Source: an uncultured bacterium (GTDB lineage: Bacteria; Bacillota_I; Bacilli_A; RFN20; CAG-826). Taken from it: 64,000 nucleotides of DNA. The notes beneath the pieces are model-generated. The model ran no database searches and was not told where the DNA came from. It was given only the letters and a program-made list of their open reading frames with translations. A program made the position numbers and the translations under genes. Location: positions 14,224 to 78,223 of the forward strand of contig CASEVI010000003.1 in NCBI GenBank assembly GCA_949291375.1. Reading direction: 5' to 3'. Shown piece by piece: positions 38,839 through 49,590 of this stretch (within the stretch, counting starts at the first letter, position 1; each line of letters opens with the position of its first letter).

Positions 38839-39297
38839 TTATTTCTCCTCTAATTTGTAATCAACATTTGCTTTTGTAAGTAAGGTTGTAATTTTCTCAA
38901 TTAATTTTTGGTCGGTAATTGTATTGACCGTTAATTTCCAAGATTTATTTTTAACCTTACCTTCTTTTTCGATTTCATAATTTTCAATTTGCTTTCCAAT
39001 TTCTTTGTAAGCACTATCTAAAATCTTTTCGATTTCTTTACAGTTAGATTCAAAGTTGGCAGAAAATTTTTTAGTAATTAATAATCGACCATTTTTAATC
39101 TCGTCTCTTCTCTTACCAATTTGCGTTCTAACTTGTTTTTTGTTTTTCTTATCTTCTGCTGATAAGATTTCGCTTCTAATTGAAGGTTCATTAACAATTT
39201 CTTCGGCAACTTTTTTTATTTCATCAAAGTTAGTAATAGTTAATTCTCCATCGACTAATTTTGCTTGGAAAAGTGGTACTGTTTTTAATTCATCCAT
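38839..39297 (-). CDS. DUF1351-like protein
   Basis: Coiled-coil protein between YqaJ and RecT. Confidence 0.55.
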   Translation of the reverse strand: MDELKTVPLFQAKLVDGELTITNFDEIKKVAEEIVNEPSIRSEILSAEDKKNKKQVRTQIGKRRDEIKNGRLLITKKFSANFESNCKEIEKILDSAYKEIGKQIENYEIEKEGKVKNKSWKLTVNTITDQKLIEKITTLLTKANVDYKLEEK

Positions 39298-39307
39298 ATT
39301 ATTTCTC

Positions 39308-39493
39308 CTAAACTTTAAATGTAATTAAACCATTTTTATGATTTCTTTTTTTGTATGTTGGTGTTGAATAAAAGCGAATAGTATCTTTTCTCACATGATA
39401 TTTTTTACTCAAATATTCAAGTGTCCCCATATCAATAAATTCATCGCCTTTATACATAGCCCACCATTGATTAGTATCTTTCTTTCTTGACAT
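39308..39493 (-). CDS. Small phage HTH-like protein
   Basis: AMYKGDEFIDMGTLEYLSKKYHVRKDTIRFYSTP. Confidence 0.7.
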   Translation of the reverse strand: MSRKKDTNQWWAMYKGDEFIDMGTLEYLSKKYHVRKDTIRFYSTPTYKKRNHKNGLITFKV

Positions 39494-39504
39494 AATCCCC
39501 CTTT

Positions 39505-40197
39505 TTAAAATGCTGGTATTTCATCCCCTTTTAAATATTTTTCATAAAATTCTGTTTCTTTCTTTTCGAGCCATTTGATACGTTCTTCAAAGTCTTTGCG
39601 ATCAATGTAGTAGTATCTAATCTCTTCATGGTCGAATGTCCATTTCTCATTAATTTCTTTTTCGAATCGTAATTTTGCAACCAATACAGCAAAGTTATAA
39701 TCGTTATAAACAAGTAAGTAATGAAGCACTTGGATCAAATAATTTTGTGGTAATTGACCATCCCATTCTTCTAAATCTTTTTGCGATTTAATAACCTTTG
39801 TCTTGATTTCTAAAATTCCTCGACCTTTATACCCAAATGGACTTTTGCCTTCTTCTTTTACTTCAATAGTTCCATCAATGGTGGCTGAGATAAAATGTTT
39901 GTCAGATTTTACAGCCATTTCAATATGTTTAAAATTTGGAGGAATCGTCTCCCAGCCCCATTGAAGAAAGTTTATTCTAGCGATTTCCCTTATAGGTCCT
40001 TCGCATAGATTTCCGTATTCTTGTGTTTCGTTTGGTGGTGTAATTTTTTTATTAAAGAAATTAGACCAAGTATCAATAGCACTCTGCCATTTATTTAAAC
40101 CAATGATAGACGATGCACTACTTCCACCTATTTTTCTCCCCTTTAATAACCACTCTTCACGATTTTTGAATTTTAATATCTTGTAATTTTTTTCCAT
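39505..40197 (-). CDS. YqaJ-like recombination exonuclease
   Basis: IGGSSASSIIGLNKW, ATIDG, ILEIKT, YLIQVLHYL. Confidence 0.9.
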   Translation of the reverse strand: MEKNYKILKFKNREEWLLKGRKIGGSSASSIIGLNKWQSAIDTWSNFFNKKITPPNETQEYGNLCEGPIREIARINFLQWGWETIPPNFKHIEMAVKSDKHFISATIDGTIEVKEEGKSPFGYKGRGILEIKTKVIKSQKDLEEWDGQLPQNYLIQVLHYLLVYNDYNFAVLVAKLRFEKEINEKWTFDHEEIRYYYIDRKDFEERIKWLEKKETEFYEKYLKGDEIPAF

Positions 40198-40257
40198 ACG
40201 TTCTATACTCTTAACGATGTTATTTTGCGAGAGACCTTAACCATTTAAGGTCTTTTT

Positions 40258-41316
40258 TTATGCAATTTCATTTTCATCAGTTAAAATAAATTCTTTAAAA
40301 AGTTTGATACCGACATCACCCTCATAATCTTTTTCGACAATAATTCTGTTGTCTTGATAAGTGACTGACAATTCAAGGCGATGATTTTCGTAATTTTGAT
40401 AAATCAAATTTAATTTATCTCTTAAAGAATCCATATCAACTAAATATTCAGTTCTTTCAATTCTTTCCTCGTTTTGGTTATAAGTTTTTTCAATTAATTT
40501 CATTTTTGCTATGCTCCTTAATTTCAATAATTTGATAGCCTTTTTTATTAACTATGATTTGTAAGTCGCTATCTTGTATTTGTAAAATCTTGCAAATCTT
40601 TTTTGCGTGGTATTGCACACTTAATGCGTCTCTTTCACTATCTAAAATCTTCATTTCCTCCTTTCAAGAATTTCATTTCTTTTTCAACATTTGTTCCGAG
40701 TTCTTTTAAGAATTTATCTCTAAAAATTAAATCTCTAAAAGATGGATGTTGGCATTTTTTATACATTTTTGTTAAATAATTTCTGTTTAAGCCAGAATAT
40801 TCTCTAGCTTCTTTTTTTGTCCAAATTGAACGAACTAATAATTCTAACTTTTCTTCTCGTTCCATTTTTCTAATATTTCCCTTGCTTTATCATTTCTAAA
40901 CTTATTCATTGCTTTTCCAAATCTCAAAAAAGTAACATAAACTTCAGCAATATCTTTACCAGCAAATTCTTTATTAGCCTTTAAGCATATATAAGCAATT
41001 TCTCGTATTGTTTTTTGCTTTTCTTCATTTATATCATCACTACATGATTCAGTAGCGACACACATAGAGACAATTCTTGCTAATTGGTTCTTTGTTAATT
41101 CAACTACATATTTTTCCATTAAAACTTAACCTCCCTTCTAATAATGTCTAATTTCCTAATGCGAGTAATAAAACCTGCATTATTTTTAACTTCGAGAATA
41201 TGATCAGTTTCTTTAATAACTTCTCCTTCGACCACTAAAATTGAATTTCTAGTTGGTCGAAAAGATTTTCCATAAACATAATTTAATTTGCCTTTATAAG
41301 TTATTTTTTCTTTCAC
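40258..41316 (-). CDS. Run of small early proteins (40258-40503, 40638-40865 excisionase/HTH-like, 40844-41119, 41119-41316)
   Basis: Coupled short ORFs; WTKKEAREYSGLNR resembles an Xis-type HTH. Confidence 0.55.
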
Positions 41317-41414
41317 AATTCCTCCTATCTAATATCTTGATAGACATTGTCTATTCTTTGTTAATTTTCTTCTTCCTGTTACTCTTTGCTTACAACTCCA
41401 TGGATGCGCCACGC

Positions 41415-41849
41415 TTATTGGTTTTCTATAAGAAAATCTGTCGCAAAACGATTAACAAGAGTTTTAAAATACTGAAAATTATTGCTTATATGGTTTTCTG
41501 TTGAAGATATAACCTCTACTGCTTTATGAATTGCATAATCATAAACAATCAAATTGTCTTCTTTTAATGTTTCATTAAGATAAGATTCGAATTCATTAAT
41601 ATTAGTATTATTTATATAATCGTTATCTATTAATACATCGATATAATTAGTTATATTAGTTTTATATATATTATTAGTATTATTAACAACATCAGTTATA
41701 TCTAATATCTTAACTCTAATATCTAATCTCTTATCTCTAGATAACATTGTTATCTCTTTGTTATCTTTTGTTATCTTTCTTCTTTCTCTCATGATAGAAG
41801 CCATGTTAGTTTCACTGCCAATTTCATAATTCAAAGTCCTCATCATCAA
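41415..41849 (-). CDS. Replication-associated hypothetical protein
   Basis: Overlaps the initiator gene; N/T/I-rich linker. Confidence 0.5.
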   Translation of the reverse strand: MMMRTLNYEIGSETNMASIMRERRKITKDNKEITMLSRDKRLDIRVKILDITDVVNNTNNIYKTNITNYIDVLIDNDYINNTNINEFESYLNETLKEDNLIVYDYAIHKAVEVISSTENHISNNFQYFKTLVNRFATDFLIENQ

Positions 41850-42309
41850 TATCTTTAATATCTATAAAGTCTTTATTATTTGTTTTTTCTTTGCTTCTTT
41901 CTTTTTTATTTACAAACCCATTGCATTTTGACACTGGTGGTAGTGTCATTTTGCCACTGGTGGTAGTGTTGTTTTGCAACCAGTCCCATATTGCAACTAG
42001 TTCCATTTTGATACTGGTTAGTTTGTCAATATTTATTGAATACTCATTTATAAGACCTTGATTTTTTTTGGCGTCTATTAAATTTAATTCTTGAAGTTTT
42101 TTCAAAGATCTAATTATTTGGTTTCTTCCAAAGTTTGTTGCTCTTACGAAATCTTCTATACTTAATAAGCAATTGCCATTTAGTTTTTGAACAGTTAGAA
42201 TTAAAGAAAATAACTGTTGTTCAAGCCCTTTTATTCCGATTTTGTTTAACTCTAGAAATATAAAATAAAATTTAGGAATCGGGCTTTTTTTCTTTGTAAT
42301 TGTTTCCAT
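41824..42309 (-). CDS. Replication initiator (N-terminal winged HTH)
   Basis: SIEDFVRATNFGRNQIIRSLKKLQELNLI HTH; internal iteron-like repeats. Confidence 0.75.
   Translation of the reverse strand: METITKKKSPIPKFYFIFLELNKIGIKGLEQQLFSLILTVQKLNGNCLLSIEDFVRATNFGRNQIIRSLKKLQELNLIDAKKNQGLINEYSINIDKLTSIKMELVAIWDWLQNNTTTSGKMTLPPVSKCNGFVNKKERSKEKTNNKDFIDIKDIDDEDFEL
41924..42020. repeat. Iteron-like repeats in the initiator gene (probable phage origin)
   Basis: CATTTTG(A/C)CACTGGTGGTAGTGT twice, TTGCAAC(C/T)AGT twice, CATTTTGATACTGGT. Confidence 0.7.
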
Positions 42310-42333
42310 ATAACTTAATGGTTCAATTATTAA

Positions 42334-42656
42334 GTTATGTTTTCACAACTTTATAAATAAAAAAATAGATCACAAGTTTCTTTATCAGACAAATTAAACT
42401 CTTGCTTTGTTTTAGCAATTTGAGTTTGTGTAAAACGTGTCTTATTAGACAACTTATCTCTCAATGCTTGAGGTGTTATTCCTAAAAATTTTGCATAATT
42501 TTCTAATGTTTTAAGATTAGGATTGTCATTGATGAAACCTCTTAAATAAGAATAATTGAACTCCATTTTCCCTCCTTTCATGTTTTGTTTTCACAACATA
42601 ATTTTATTATAGTGCCTTTTTTTCGTTTTGCAAGAGTTTTTTTGTGAAAACGAAAC
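42334..42656. promoter_or_regulatory. Candidate repressor operators
   Basis: GTTATGTTTTCACAAC (42334), GTTTTGTTTTCACAAC (42582), inverted copy TTTGTGAAAACGAAAC (42641) around the cro/cI switch. Confidence 0.65.
42351..42566 (-). CDS. Cro-like HTH protein
   Basis: MEFNYSYLRG...YAKFLGITPQALRDKLSNKTRFTQTQI. Confidence 0.85.
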   Translation of the reverse strand: MEFNYSYLRGFINDNPNLKTLENYAKFLGITPQALRDKLSNKTRFTQTQIAKTKQEFNLSDKETCDLFFYL

Positions 42657-42697
42657 TTTTTATTTGAAAATATTTTTTTCCTTAATATAATATAGAT

Positions 42698-43039
42698 ATG
42701 AAAAACAAATATTTTGCAGTTAGATTAAAAGAAATTTTAGAGTTAAAAAAAGTTAAGCCTGCTGAATTATCAAGAAAAACAGGCATATCAAGAGGTAATA
42801 TTAGTCATTATTTGAATGGAGATTTTGTTCCAAAACAAGATTATTTATATTTGATTGCAACTACTCTTGATGTTAATCCGTTTTATTTAATGGGAGTTAG
42901 TGAAGATAAAAAACTTCCTTTAACATTGAGACAACAAGTTCTTTCAAAAATAGAAAGAATGAGCAATGCCCAGTTAAATAAATTAAATAATTTTATTGAC
43001 CAATTTATTTTTGACAGTGAAATTAAAAAGGAGAATTAA
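42698..43039 (+). CDS. CI-like XRE repressor (probably leaderless)
   Basis: AELSRKTGISRGNISHYLNG HTH; divergent from cro; TATAAT 6 nt before ATG. Confidence 0.9.
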   Translation: MKNKYFAVRLKEILELKKVKPAELSRKTGISRGNISHYLNGDFVPKQDYLYLIATTLDVNPFYLMGVSEDKKLPLTLRQQVLSKIERMSNAQLNKLNNFIDQFIFDSEIKKEN

Positions 43040-43041
43040 TT

Positions 43042-43239
43042 ATGGAAAACAAAAAGAAAGTTTGGAAGTTAGTAGTAGGAATTATATTACTTATACTCGG
43101 CTTTGCTGGATTCGTAGGAATGATTGGCAGCGGACAATCAAATGAAAGCGTAGAATATTACCTTGGTGCTTTTACTGCATTAGTTGCGTTCGTTGGTGGT
43201 GGAGTAGTTTTAATCTATCAATATGCAAAAGGCAAATAA
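43042..43239 (+). CDS. Small two-TM protein of the lysogeny module
   Basis: Two hydrophobic helices; AAGGAG SD. Confidence 0.7.
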   Translation: MENKKKVWKLVVGIILLILGFAGFVGMIGSGQSNESVEYYLGAFTALVAFVGGGVVLIYQYAKGK

Positions 43240-43370
43240 AAAAGCCCAGCACACACAAATGCTAGGCTAGAAGATATAAACACTAAGCCACAAAACAAAA
43301 ATGGTTAAAAAAGGGCTCAATGCTATATATATAATATAGCATTTCCCTTAAAAATATAAAGGAGGAAAAT

Positions 43371-44480
43371 ATGGCTGTATTATTTGATAAAAAATCAAAA
43401 ACTTATTATGTAGACTCAAAAATTAAAAGAGCAGATGGAAGTTGGTATCATTTTAAGTATAAAGAAATTAACAACCAAGACTTCAAAAGTAAGCGATACG
43501 TTCAATCTATCGAAGCAGAAATTATTAGAAAAAAGAAAGTTGAAATTTGTTATCAACCATCATCAAAAGTTCAAAATGTTAGTGATTTAATCGAAAGTTA
43601 TATTAATTATCGAGAGAACGAACTTGCTTTCAACACAAAAGCAAACAATTTTTTAAGGGCTAAAAAATATATCGAGCCTTATTTTGAAAACTCTTTGTTA
43701 AAACTTTTTAATCCAGCTAATTTAGCCTCGTTTAGAATTTATCTTTCTAGCTTAAAGATTTGCGCTGAATATATGAATAATATAATTGCTATCACTCGTG
43801 ATTTAATTCGTTATGCAAGAATACTTGGTTTAATCAATAGCGATCAAAAAGATGATTGTCTTGTTCCTTTAATTCCTATCAAGAAAAAAGTTAATGAAGA
43901 AAAAGAAGCGAGGAATAAATATACTTCACTCAATGATTTAACGAAACTTCTTTCTGTAATCGATAATAAAAACGACTATGATATTTTAAAACTTTTATAT
44001 TTTAGTGGTCTTCGTCTTGGAGAGTTTTTAGGTATCGAAGTTAATGACATTGAGTTTAGTGATGATTTTGCAATTATCACAATTAAAAGACAAAGATTGA
44101 AAAATGGAGCATATACTAACCAATTAAAAACTTCTGCTTCTTATAAAAAAATAGCCTTTGCAAAAACAAATGCCGAAATTTTAAAAGAATATATTAAGCG
44201 AAACGATTTCAAAGAATACGATAAAATTTTCCCATTCAGTGGTGAGACTTTAAGAAAAAAATTAGATAAATATTCTAAACTCGCTAATCTTCCACACAAT
44301 ACTCTTCATGGCTATGGAAGAAAATCAATTAACACTGAACTTTATAAGGCTGGTGCTGACACAAAAGTTAGAACCACACTTTTAGGTCAAATTTCAATGT
44401 CGGTAAATGAGAACAATTATGTTGATAATCAAAGTGCTTTTGATAAGGGCTTAGATTTTATAAAATCAATTTCAGAGTAG
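43371..44480 (+). CDS. int: Tyrosine integrase
   Basis: SGLRLGE, LKT, LHGYGRK, LLGQ, NNY catalytic-type motifs. Confidence 0.92.
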   Translation: MAVLFDKKSKTYYVDSKIKRADGSWYHFKYKEINNQDFKSKRYVQSIEAEIIRKKKVEICYQPSSKVQNVSDLIESYINYRENELAFNTKANNFLRAKKYIEPYFENSLLKLFNPANLASFRIYLSSLKICAEYMNNIIAITRDLIRYARILGLINSDQKDDCLVPLIPIKKKVNEEKEARNKYTSLNDLTKLLSVIDNKNDYDILKLLYFSGLRLGEFLGIEVNDIEFSDDFAIITIKRQRLKNGAYTNQLKTSASYKKIAFAKTNAEILKEYIKRNDFKEYDKIFPFSGETLRKKLDKYSKLANLPHNTLHGYGRKSINTELYKAGADTKVRTTLLGQISMSVNENNYVDNQSAFDKGLDFIKSISE

Positions 44481-44963
44481 AAATTTCCCCCTTTTTTCCC
44501 CTTTCGATATTAAAAATACCGATAAATACACAATTTTGCCATTATAAATATAATGCCAAGTAAAAACGAATTTACATAAACCGACCCAACTGTCAACATT
44601 ATTAAAATAAACACTAAAAGTTCTATCGATACCCTCGTTCCTACTTTTTAAATATGAAACTTGATCAATTAAACGATCATCTTCATTATAAACATTGAAA
44701 GTAAAATTTAATGCTTGGGAAAAATCAGCTCCTTCATATGAAATTGTTACTTTTTTATAATCTGATAAATCCATACTAGATATGCGAAAATATTTAATCG
44801 AAAAGCGATATGGCGTAGAGTTATGTTCATATACTCTATGACAAGTATTTGTATAAAAATTTACCATTCTAGTATTAATTTCACCTTGTTTAGATAGAAA
44901 ATCTTTATTTCCTAGTCCAGAAGCAAATAATAAAACTGGTAAAAGTAAAAGTCCTTTAAACAT
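44472..44963 (-). CDS. Exported host protein; 3' end possibly altered by prophage integration
   Basis: AAAGGAGG SD, MFKGLLLLPVLLFA signal; stop overlaps the integrase end. Confidence 0.6.
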   Translation of the reverse strand: MFKGLLLLPVLLFASGLGNKDFLSKQGEINTRMVNFYTNTCHRVYEHNSTPYRFSIKYFRISSMDLSDYKKVTISYEGADFSQALNFTFNVYNEDDRLIDQVSYLKSRNEGIDRTFSVYFNNVDSWVGLCKFVFTWHYIYNGKIVYLSVFLISKGEKRGKFLL

Positions 44964-45081
44964 ATTTTTCCTCCTTTCACTATACAAGAATGCTAGAAGA
45001 AGGAAAAAATATTCACAAAAAATGATTTTTATAAAAATTTTTCTTATTTTCTTTTTTTAAACCCTACCATATAATTTAAAT

Positions 45082-45615
45082 ATGATTATTCTTGTTGGAC
45101 CAAGTGCAAGTGGAAAAACAGAGATTGCTAAAATTCTCACCACTAAGTATGGCTTTAAAAAATTTGTTACTTCTACTACTAGAGCTCCTCGTGTAAATGA
45201 AATTAATGGCTTAGATTATAATTTCCTCACCGAGGATACTTTTATTAAGATGAGAAATAATAATGAATTTATTGAAACAACTTTTTATAACAATAATTAT
45301 TATGGAACTGAAAAAAAACTTATTGATGATAAGACTGTTTTAATTGTTGAAAGTAATGGATTAATCGCTTTTAAATTATCACAATATAAAAATATTTATT
45401 CCTACTTTTTAAATGCTGATGAAATTGAAAGAACTGAAAGAATGAGAAAAAGAGGGGATAGTGAAGAAGAAATTCATAAGCGTATTTATCATGATCGTTT
45501 TAAATTTGATACTTCCTTAAATAAATATATTGACAAATTTATTGATGAAAATAATAAAACTCCTGATGAAATAGCTAAAGAAATATATGATGATTATATT
45601 TCTCGTATAAAATAA
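45082..45615 (+). CDS. gmk: Guanylate kinase
   Basis: GPSASGKT; TSTTRAPRVNEINGLDYNF; YYGT. Confidence 0.9.
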   Translation: MIILVGPSASGKTEIAKILTTKYGFKKFVTSTTRAPRVNEINGLDYNFLTEDTFIKMRNNNEFIETTFYNNNYYGTEKKLIDDKTVLIVESNGLIAFKLSQYKNIYSYFLNADEIERTERMRKRGDSEEEIHKRIYHDRFKFDTSLNKYIDKFIDENNKTPDEIAKEIYDDYISRIK

Positions 45616-45661
45616 AAATTCTTCCTTCTTTAAATAAAGGAAGAATTTTTTATTTTATTAA

Positions 45662-46243
45662 TTATTTTCTATCTACTTGATGACAATGTCTACATCTAGG
45701 TTCATAACTTTCAGTAGCACCAACTAAAATAACTGGACCATCTGCTTTAGCAGGTTTCCCATCAATCAATCTTTGTGTTCTTGTTGCATCTTTTCCACAA
45801 ACCGCACAAATCGCAGTTAATTTATCAACTATTTCAGCTCTTGCTAAAAGATTTGCAACAACAGGAAAAGGATCACCTTTAAAATCAGTATCTAGCCCAG
45901 CACAAATAACTCTAATACCTCTATTTGCAAGTGTTTCAACAACATCAATTATTCCCTCATCAAAAAATTGAACTTCATCAATACAAACAACTTCTAAATC
46001 ACGAGTAATATATTTTAAAATATCCATTCCTTTAGAGATAGGGTGGGCTTTATATGACTTTTTTTCATGAGATACGACATCAGTATCACTATAACGATTA
46101 TCAATTTTAGGTTTAAAAACAATAAAATTCTTTTTAGCGTATTTTAAACGATTAATTCTTCTTAATAATTCTTCACTTTTTCCAGCAAACATTGGGCCGG
46201 TAATTACTTCAATCCAGCCTATACTTCTTTCTTCATTGCTCAT
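45662..46243 (-). CDS. tdk: Thymidine kinase
   Basis: [25 protein letters not shown], zinc-binding cysteines. Confidence 0.97.
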   Translation of the reverse strand: MSNEERSIGWIEVITGPMFAGKSEELLRRINRLKYAKKNFIVFKPKIDNRYSDTDVVSHEKKSYKAHPISKGMDILKYITRDLEVVCIDEVQFFDEGIIDVVETLANRGIRVICAGLDTDFKGDPFPVVANLLARAEIVDKLTAICAVCGKDATRTQRLIDGKPAKADGPVILVGATESYEPRCRHCHQVDRK

Positions 46244-46274
46244 ATATTTTAAAATTCCTTTCAATAATTATTTA

Positions 46275-47198
46275 TTAATTTAAATTTTTATTAACATATT
46301 TATCGCTATCTAAATCTAGTGCATCCATTAATAATAATGGGATAATGAATTCATTGGCATAAGAATCAAATACTTTTTTATTAAATTCTTTATAAATTCC
46401 TAATGGCATTTTAGCATTATATTCATGCATAAAAACATAAACCGCATTATCTAAAAAGCAAACAATTAAATCAGATTTAAATGCATTATCAAAATCAACG
46501 ATATTGCATTGAACTTGTGGTGTAATAATATAATTAGCTTTTAATGGATCACTTGCTTTAACAGTGAATTTATCATTAAATTCCATGAATTCAAACTCAA
46601 TTTTTTCTCCAAGTCGTGGATCTTTAATCATCTCATCAATACTATTTTTTTCCATAATAGATAAAAAGGCGTTTAAATTTCTTGGAAAAGTAAATTTAAT
46701 AAAACGGCCATTATAATGATTTACTTCTTTTCTGCTATTTCCTTTTGAATCAGTAGTATAGTGAATAAAATCAAAAACATAATTACTTGAAAGAAAACTA
46801 ACATTATTTCTTTTAGCTTCAAATAATTTTGATGAATGGTATTCATCAGGTCTATTTACACATCTAGATTCATTGATGGAGCCAAAATCAATACCCTTAT
46901 TTGAATTAAAGAAATAATCATTTCCATAATTTAATTCAATAGCTTTCTTTTCTAAATCTTTTTCAAATGTAGATAAATATTTTTTATTATAAATGCTATA
47001 TCCAATTCCATATATAATCGCAGCTAAAATTAAACTTAAAAAGAAAATTATAAATAAAGTTGATTCTAAAAAAATTAAACCAATAATAAGACAAATCAAA
47101 CCAACTCCTAGTAAAGATAAAGAAACTATTGAAACAATATTTAATTTCTTCTTAAAAAAGATACGATTCGATTCGATAGTGTTAATAAATTCATCCAT
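46275..47198 (-). CDS. DUF3137-like membrane protein
   Basis: Two N-terminal TM segments; EFNDKFTV...A.YIITP motif; follows lemA. Confidence 0.75.
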   Translation of the reverse strand: MDEFINTIESNRIFFKKKLNIVSIVSLSLLGVGLICLIIGLIFLESTLFIIFFLSLILAAIIYGIGYSIYNKKYLSTFEKDLEKKAIELNYGNDYFFNSNKGIDFGSINESRCVNRPDEYHSSKLFEAKRNNVSFLSSNYVFDFIHYTTDSKGNSRKEVNHYNGRFIKFTFPRNLNAFLSIMEKNSIDEMIKDPRLGEKIEFEFMEFNDKFTVKASDPLKANYIITPQVQCNIVDFDNAFKSDLIVCFLDNAVYVFMHEYNAKMPLGIYKEFNKKVFDSYANEFIIPLLLMDALDLDSDKYVNKNLN

Positions 47199-47212
47199 AA
47201 ATAACTCTAAAA

Positions 47213-47797
47213 TTAGAAGTCAAATTTAACATCTTCTTTTTTCGATTCTTCAGCTTCAAAGAAATCTAAATCTTCTTTAAAACCAATTTTATTAGCAATA
47301 ATTGAAGATGGCCAAACATTTCTTTTTTGATTAAACATAGATACATTTGAATTATAAATTCTTCTTGCTGCTTGAAGTTGTTCTTCACAATCTGCAGTTT
47401 GTCTTTGAAGTTCGACAAAAGTTGCATCGGCCTTTAAATTTGGATATTGCTCAACCAAAATATTTAAACCTTTACTTACTTCAGAAATCTCATTTGTTAA
47501 TGTATTTTTATCTTTCATTGACATTTCTTTAATGGAATTTCCACTTCTTAAATTGACTACTTTTTCTAAGGTTTCTACTTCGTGTTTTGCATACCCTTTA
47601 GTAGCAGCTAAAGATTTAGTTAAAAGATCAAACCTCTTTGTTAATGCAACATCTATACCACTCGCTGATTCATCGACCTTTACCTTCATAACATTAAAAG
47701 TATTTCGTGTTGAAATGCACCAAGCAACAATAGCAATGATTGCAATTAAAATAACAACAATAACGACAATCAAAATAATTAACCATGTATCAGTCAC
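47213..47797 (-). CDS. lemA: LemA family protein
   Basis: IDVALTKRFDL, KGYAKHE, EQYPNLKA, ARRIYN. Confidence 0.95.
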   Translation of the reverse strand: MTDTWLIILIVVIVVILIAIIAIVAWCISTRNTFNVMKVKVDESASGIDVALTKRFDLLTKSLAATKGYAKHEVETLEKVVNLRSGNSIKEMSMKDKNTLTNEISEVSKGLNILVEQYPNLKADATFVELQRQTADCEEQLQAARRIYNSNVSMFNQKRNVWPSSIIANKIGFKEDLDFFEAEESKKEDVKFDF

Positions 47798-48597
47798 AAA
47801 TAAAACCTCCTCAACTTTCTATAAACTTTTTTGTTCTTTATTATTATATCTATTTTTAACTAAAAAATTTAAACTAATTTATTATAAACAATGACAATTT
47901 ATTAAATTAATCATATTTAGTAGGATCTAAATAAATATTTTTAATAATAAAAAAGTCAAATTTTTAAGAATTAAAAGTAAAAAAATAGTCTAAAAAATTT
48001 TTTACTATATTTTTAATGTGTTATTTATTGCTAACAAACATAAAAAAATCGTCAATATAAAAGTTTAAATAATATTAATAATAAATTTATTTTAGTCATT
48101 TCATAAATATCATTTTTTTAATATTTACTATATTAATTAAAAAATATGAATTTAAATAGAGAAGCAACAGTATAAGAGGTATATACCAACTAAAAAACTA
48201 CTAAATGAGTATATATGTATTTTTTACATATACCATTTTATTACTAAAGTTTTAATTTTAAATAATAAAATTATAAAAAATTATAATCAATCTATATTAA
48301 TAGGAAGTTATGAAAAATATGCTAAGTTTCATATTTTATAAGCAAAAATAGGTTAGATTCCAATTTAAAAAGAACGGACTTGTCAATTTAAAAATATGAA
48401 AAAATTAACCTCTACTTTTGTCAAAAAAATGAGGTCTTTTTTTTAAATTTTTTGATCAAAAATTACATTGATTTATTTTAAAAATATTGTATAGATCACC
48501 ATAAAATTTTTATATTTTTTTTGCAGCTAAAAAATGTAAAATTAACTTGATTAAAAATAAATAGTAATTTTTACTTTATGCTCTTATAATATAAGTT

Positions 48598-48957
48598 ATG
48601 AAATTGCAAGACATGTTAAAAATATTAAGAACATCAAAAGGGCTAACCCAAAAACAAGTTGCTTCTACTCTTAATATTAATCAATATAATTTATCTGATT
48701 ATGAGACTGGTAGAGCTGAGCCTGACATCAATACACTTATAAAACTAGCTGATCTTTATGAAGTGACGATTGATGATATGCTCAGTCACAATGTCGATTA
48801 TTCTATCAAGAGTTCTTCTACTATTGCTGTTGAAGAATATATTAAAGATTTGCATACTTTAAAAATTATAAGGAGAATCCAATCATTAACCGACACTGAA
48901 AAAGAACAACTTTATACAATTATCGACTCGACTTGTAAAAGCTTTTTTAAGAAGTAA
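48598..48957 (+). CDS. XRE-family HTH regulator
   Basis: LTQKQVA...SDYETGRAEPDINTLIKLADLY. Confidence 0.9.
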   Translation: MKLQDMLKILRTSKGLTQKQVASTLNINQYNLSDYETGRAEPDINTLIKLADLYEVTIDDMLSHNVDYSIKSSSTIAVEEYIKDLHTLKIIRRIQSLTDTEKEQLYTIIDSTCKSFFKK

Positions 48958-48987
48958 TTTTATTTTTGATTGACGAAATTTATTATT

Positions 48988-49590
48988 ATGAAAAACTTTT
49001 TTAAACATTTAAAAATTATTAATTCTCATCGCTTTAAAGTAATGAAATTTTGTATTAAAGCAGGTATACCTATAAATGGCTTTAAGCATGATTTATCTAA
49101 ATATTCTAAAGCTGAATTTTTGTCTAGTTGTAAATATTTTCAAGGTACTTATTCTCCAATAGTTGAAGAAAGAAAACATAACTTTGGATATAGTGAAATA
49201 TCGATACATCATACAAATAAAAATAAACACCATTATGAATATTGGATCGATACTTATAAAGGAAGACTGCTAATTAAGCCAATGCCTTTTAAATATAATT
49301 TAGAGTATTGCTTAGATATGATTTCAGCTTCAATGACCTACCATAAAAAAGATTTTAAAAGAGATTTCGTTTTAAATTTTTTTATTGAAAGAGAATCTAA
49401 TTATTTGATGCATCCAGCAAGTAAAGAATTTGTTATTTATTGCTTAAATGAATATGCCAATAACAATTTTAAAAATATTAAAGCTAAAAAATTAAAACCT
49501 ATTTATGATGAAATAATTAAAAAATATGATCATACTTATTTTATTGAAACAGAGTTTGAAAAATTAAAAATTAAAAATGGAAAAGAATAA
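48988..49590 (+). CDS. DUF5662-like (HD-type) protein
   Basis: HDLSKYS, HHTNKNKHHYEYW. Confidence 0.8.
   Translation: MKNFFKHLKIINSHRFKVMKFCIKAGIPINGFKHDLSKYSKAEFLSSCKYFQGTYSPIVEERKHNFGYSEISIHHTNKNKHHYEYWIDTYKGRLLIKPMPFKYNLEYCLDMISASMTYHKKDFKRDFVLNFFIERESNYLMHPASKEFVIYCLNEYANNNFKNIKAKKLKPIYDEIIKKYDHTYFIETEFEKLKIKNGKE

Larger units (their letters stand above)
1..44540. mobile_element. Temperate podovirus-like prophage; left end outside the window, right junction near 44,480-44,560
   Basis: Terminase, portal, scaffold, capsid, tail, RecT/YqaJ, cro/cI and tyrosine integrase in phage-typical order; housekeeping genes start right after the integrase; no tape measure or sheath gene seen. Confidence 0.95.

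Noticed and set aside
47800-48590. Long AT-rich host intergenic region (also 57970-58400) as ncRNA or origin
   Set aside because: No recognisable RNA motif, repeat array or DnaA-box cluster that I can support.
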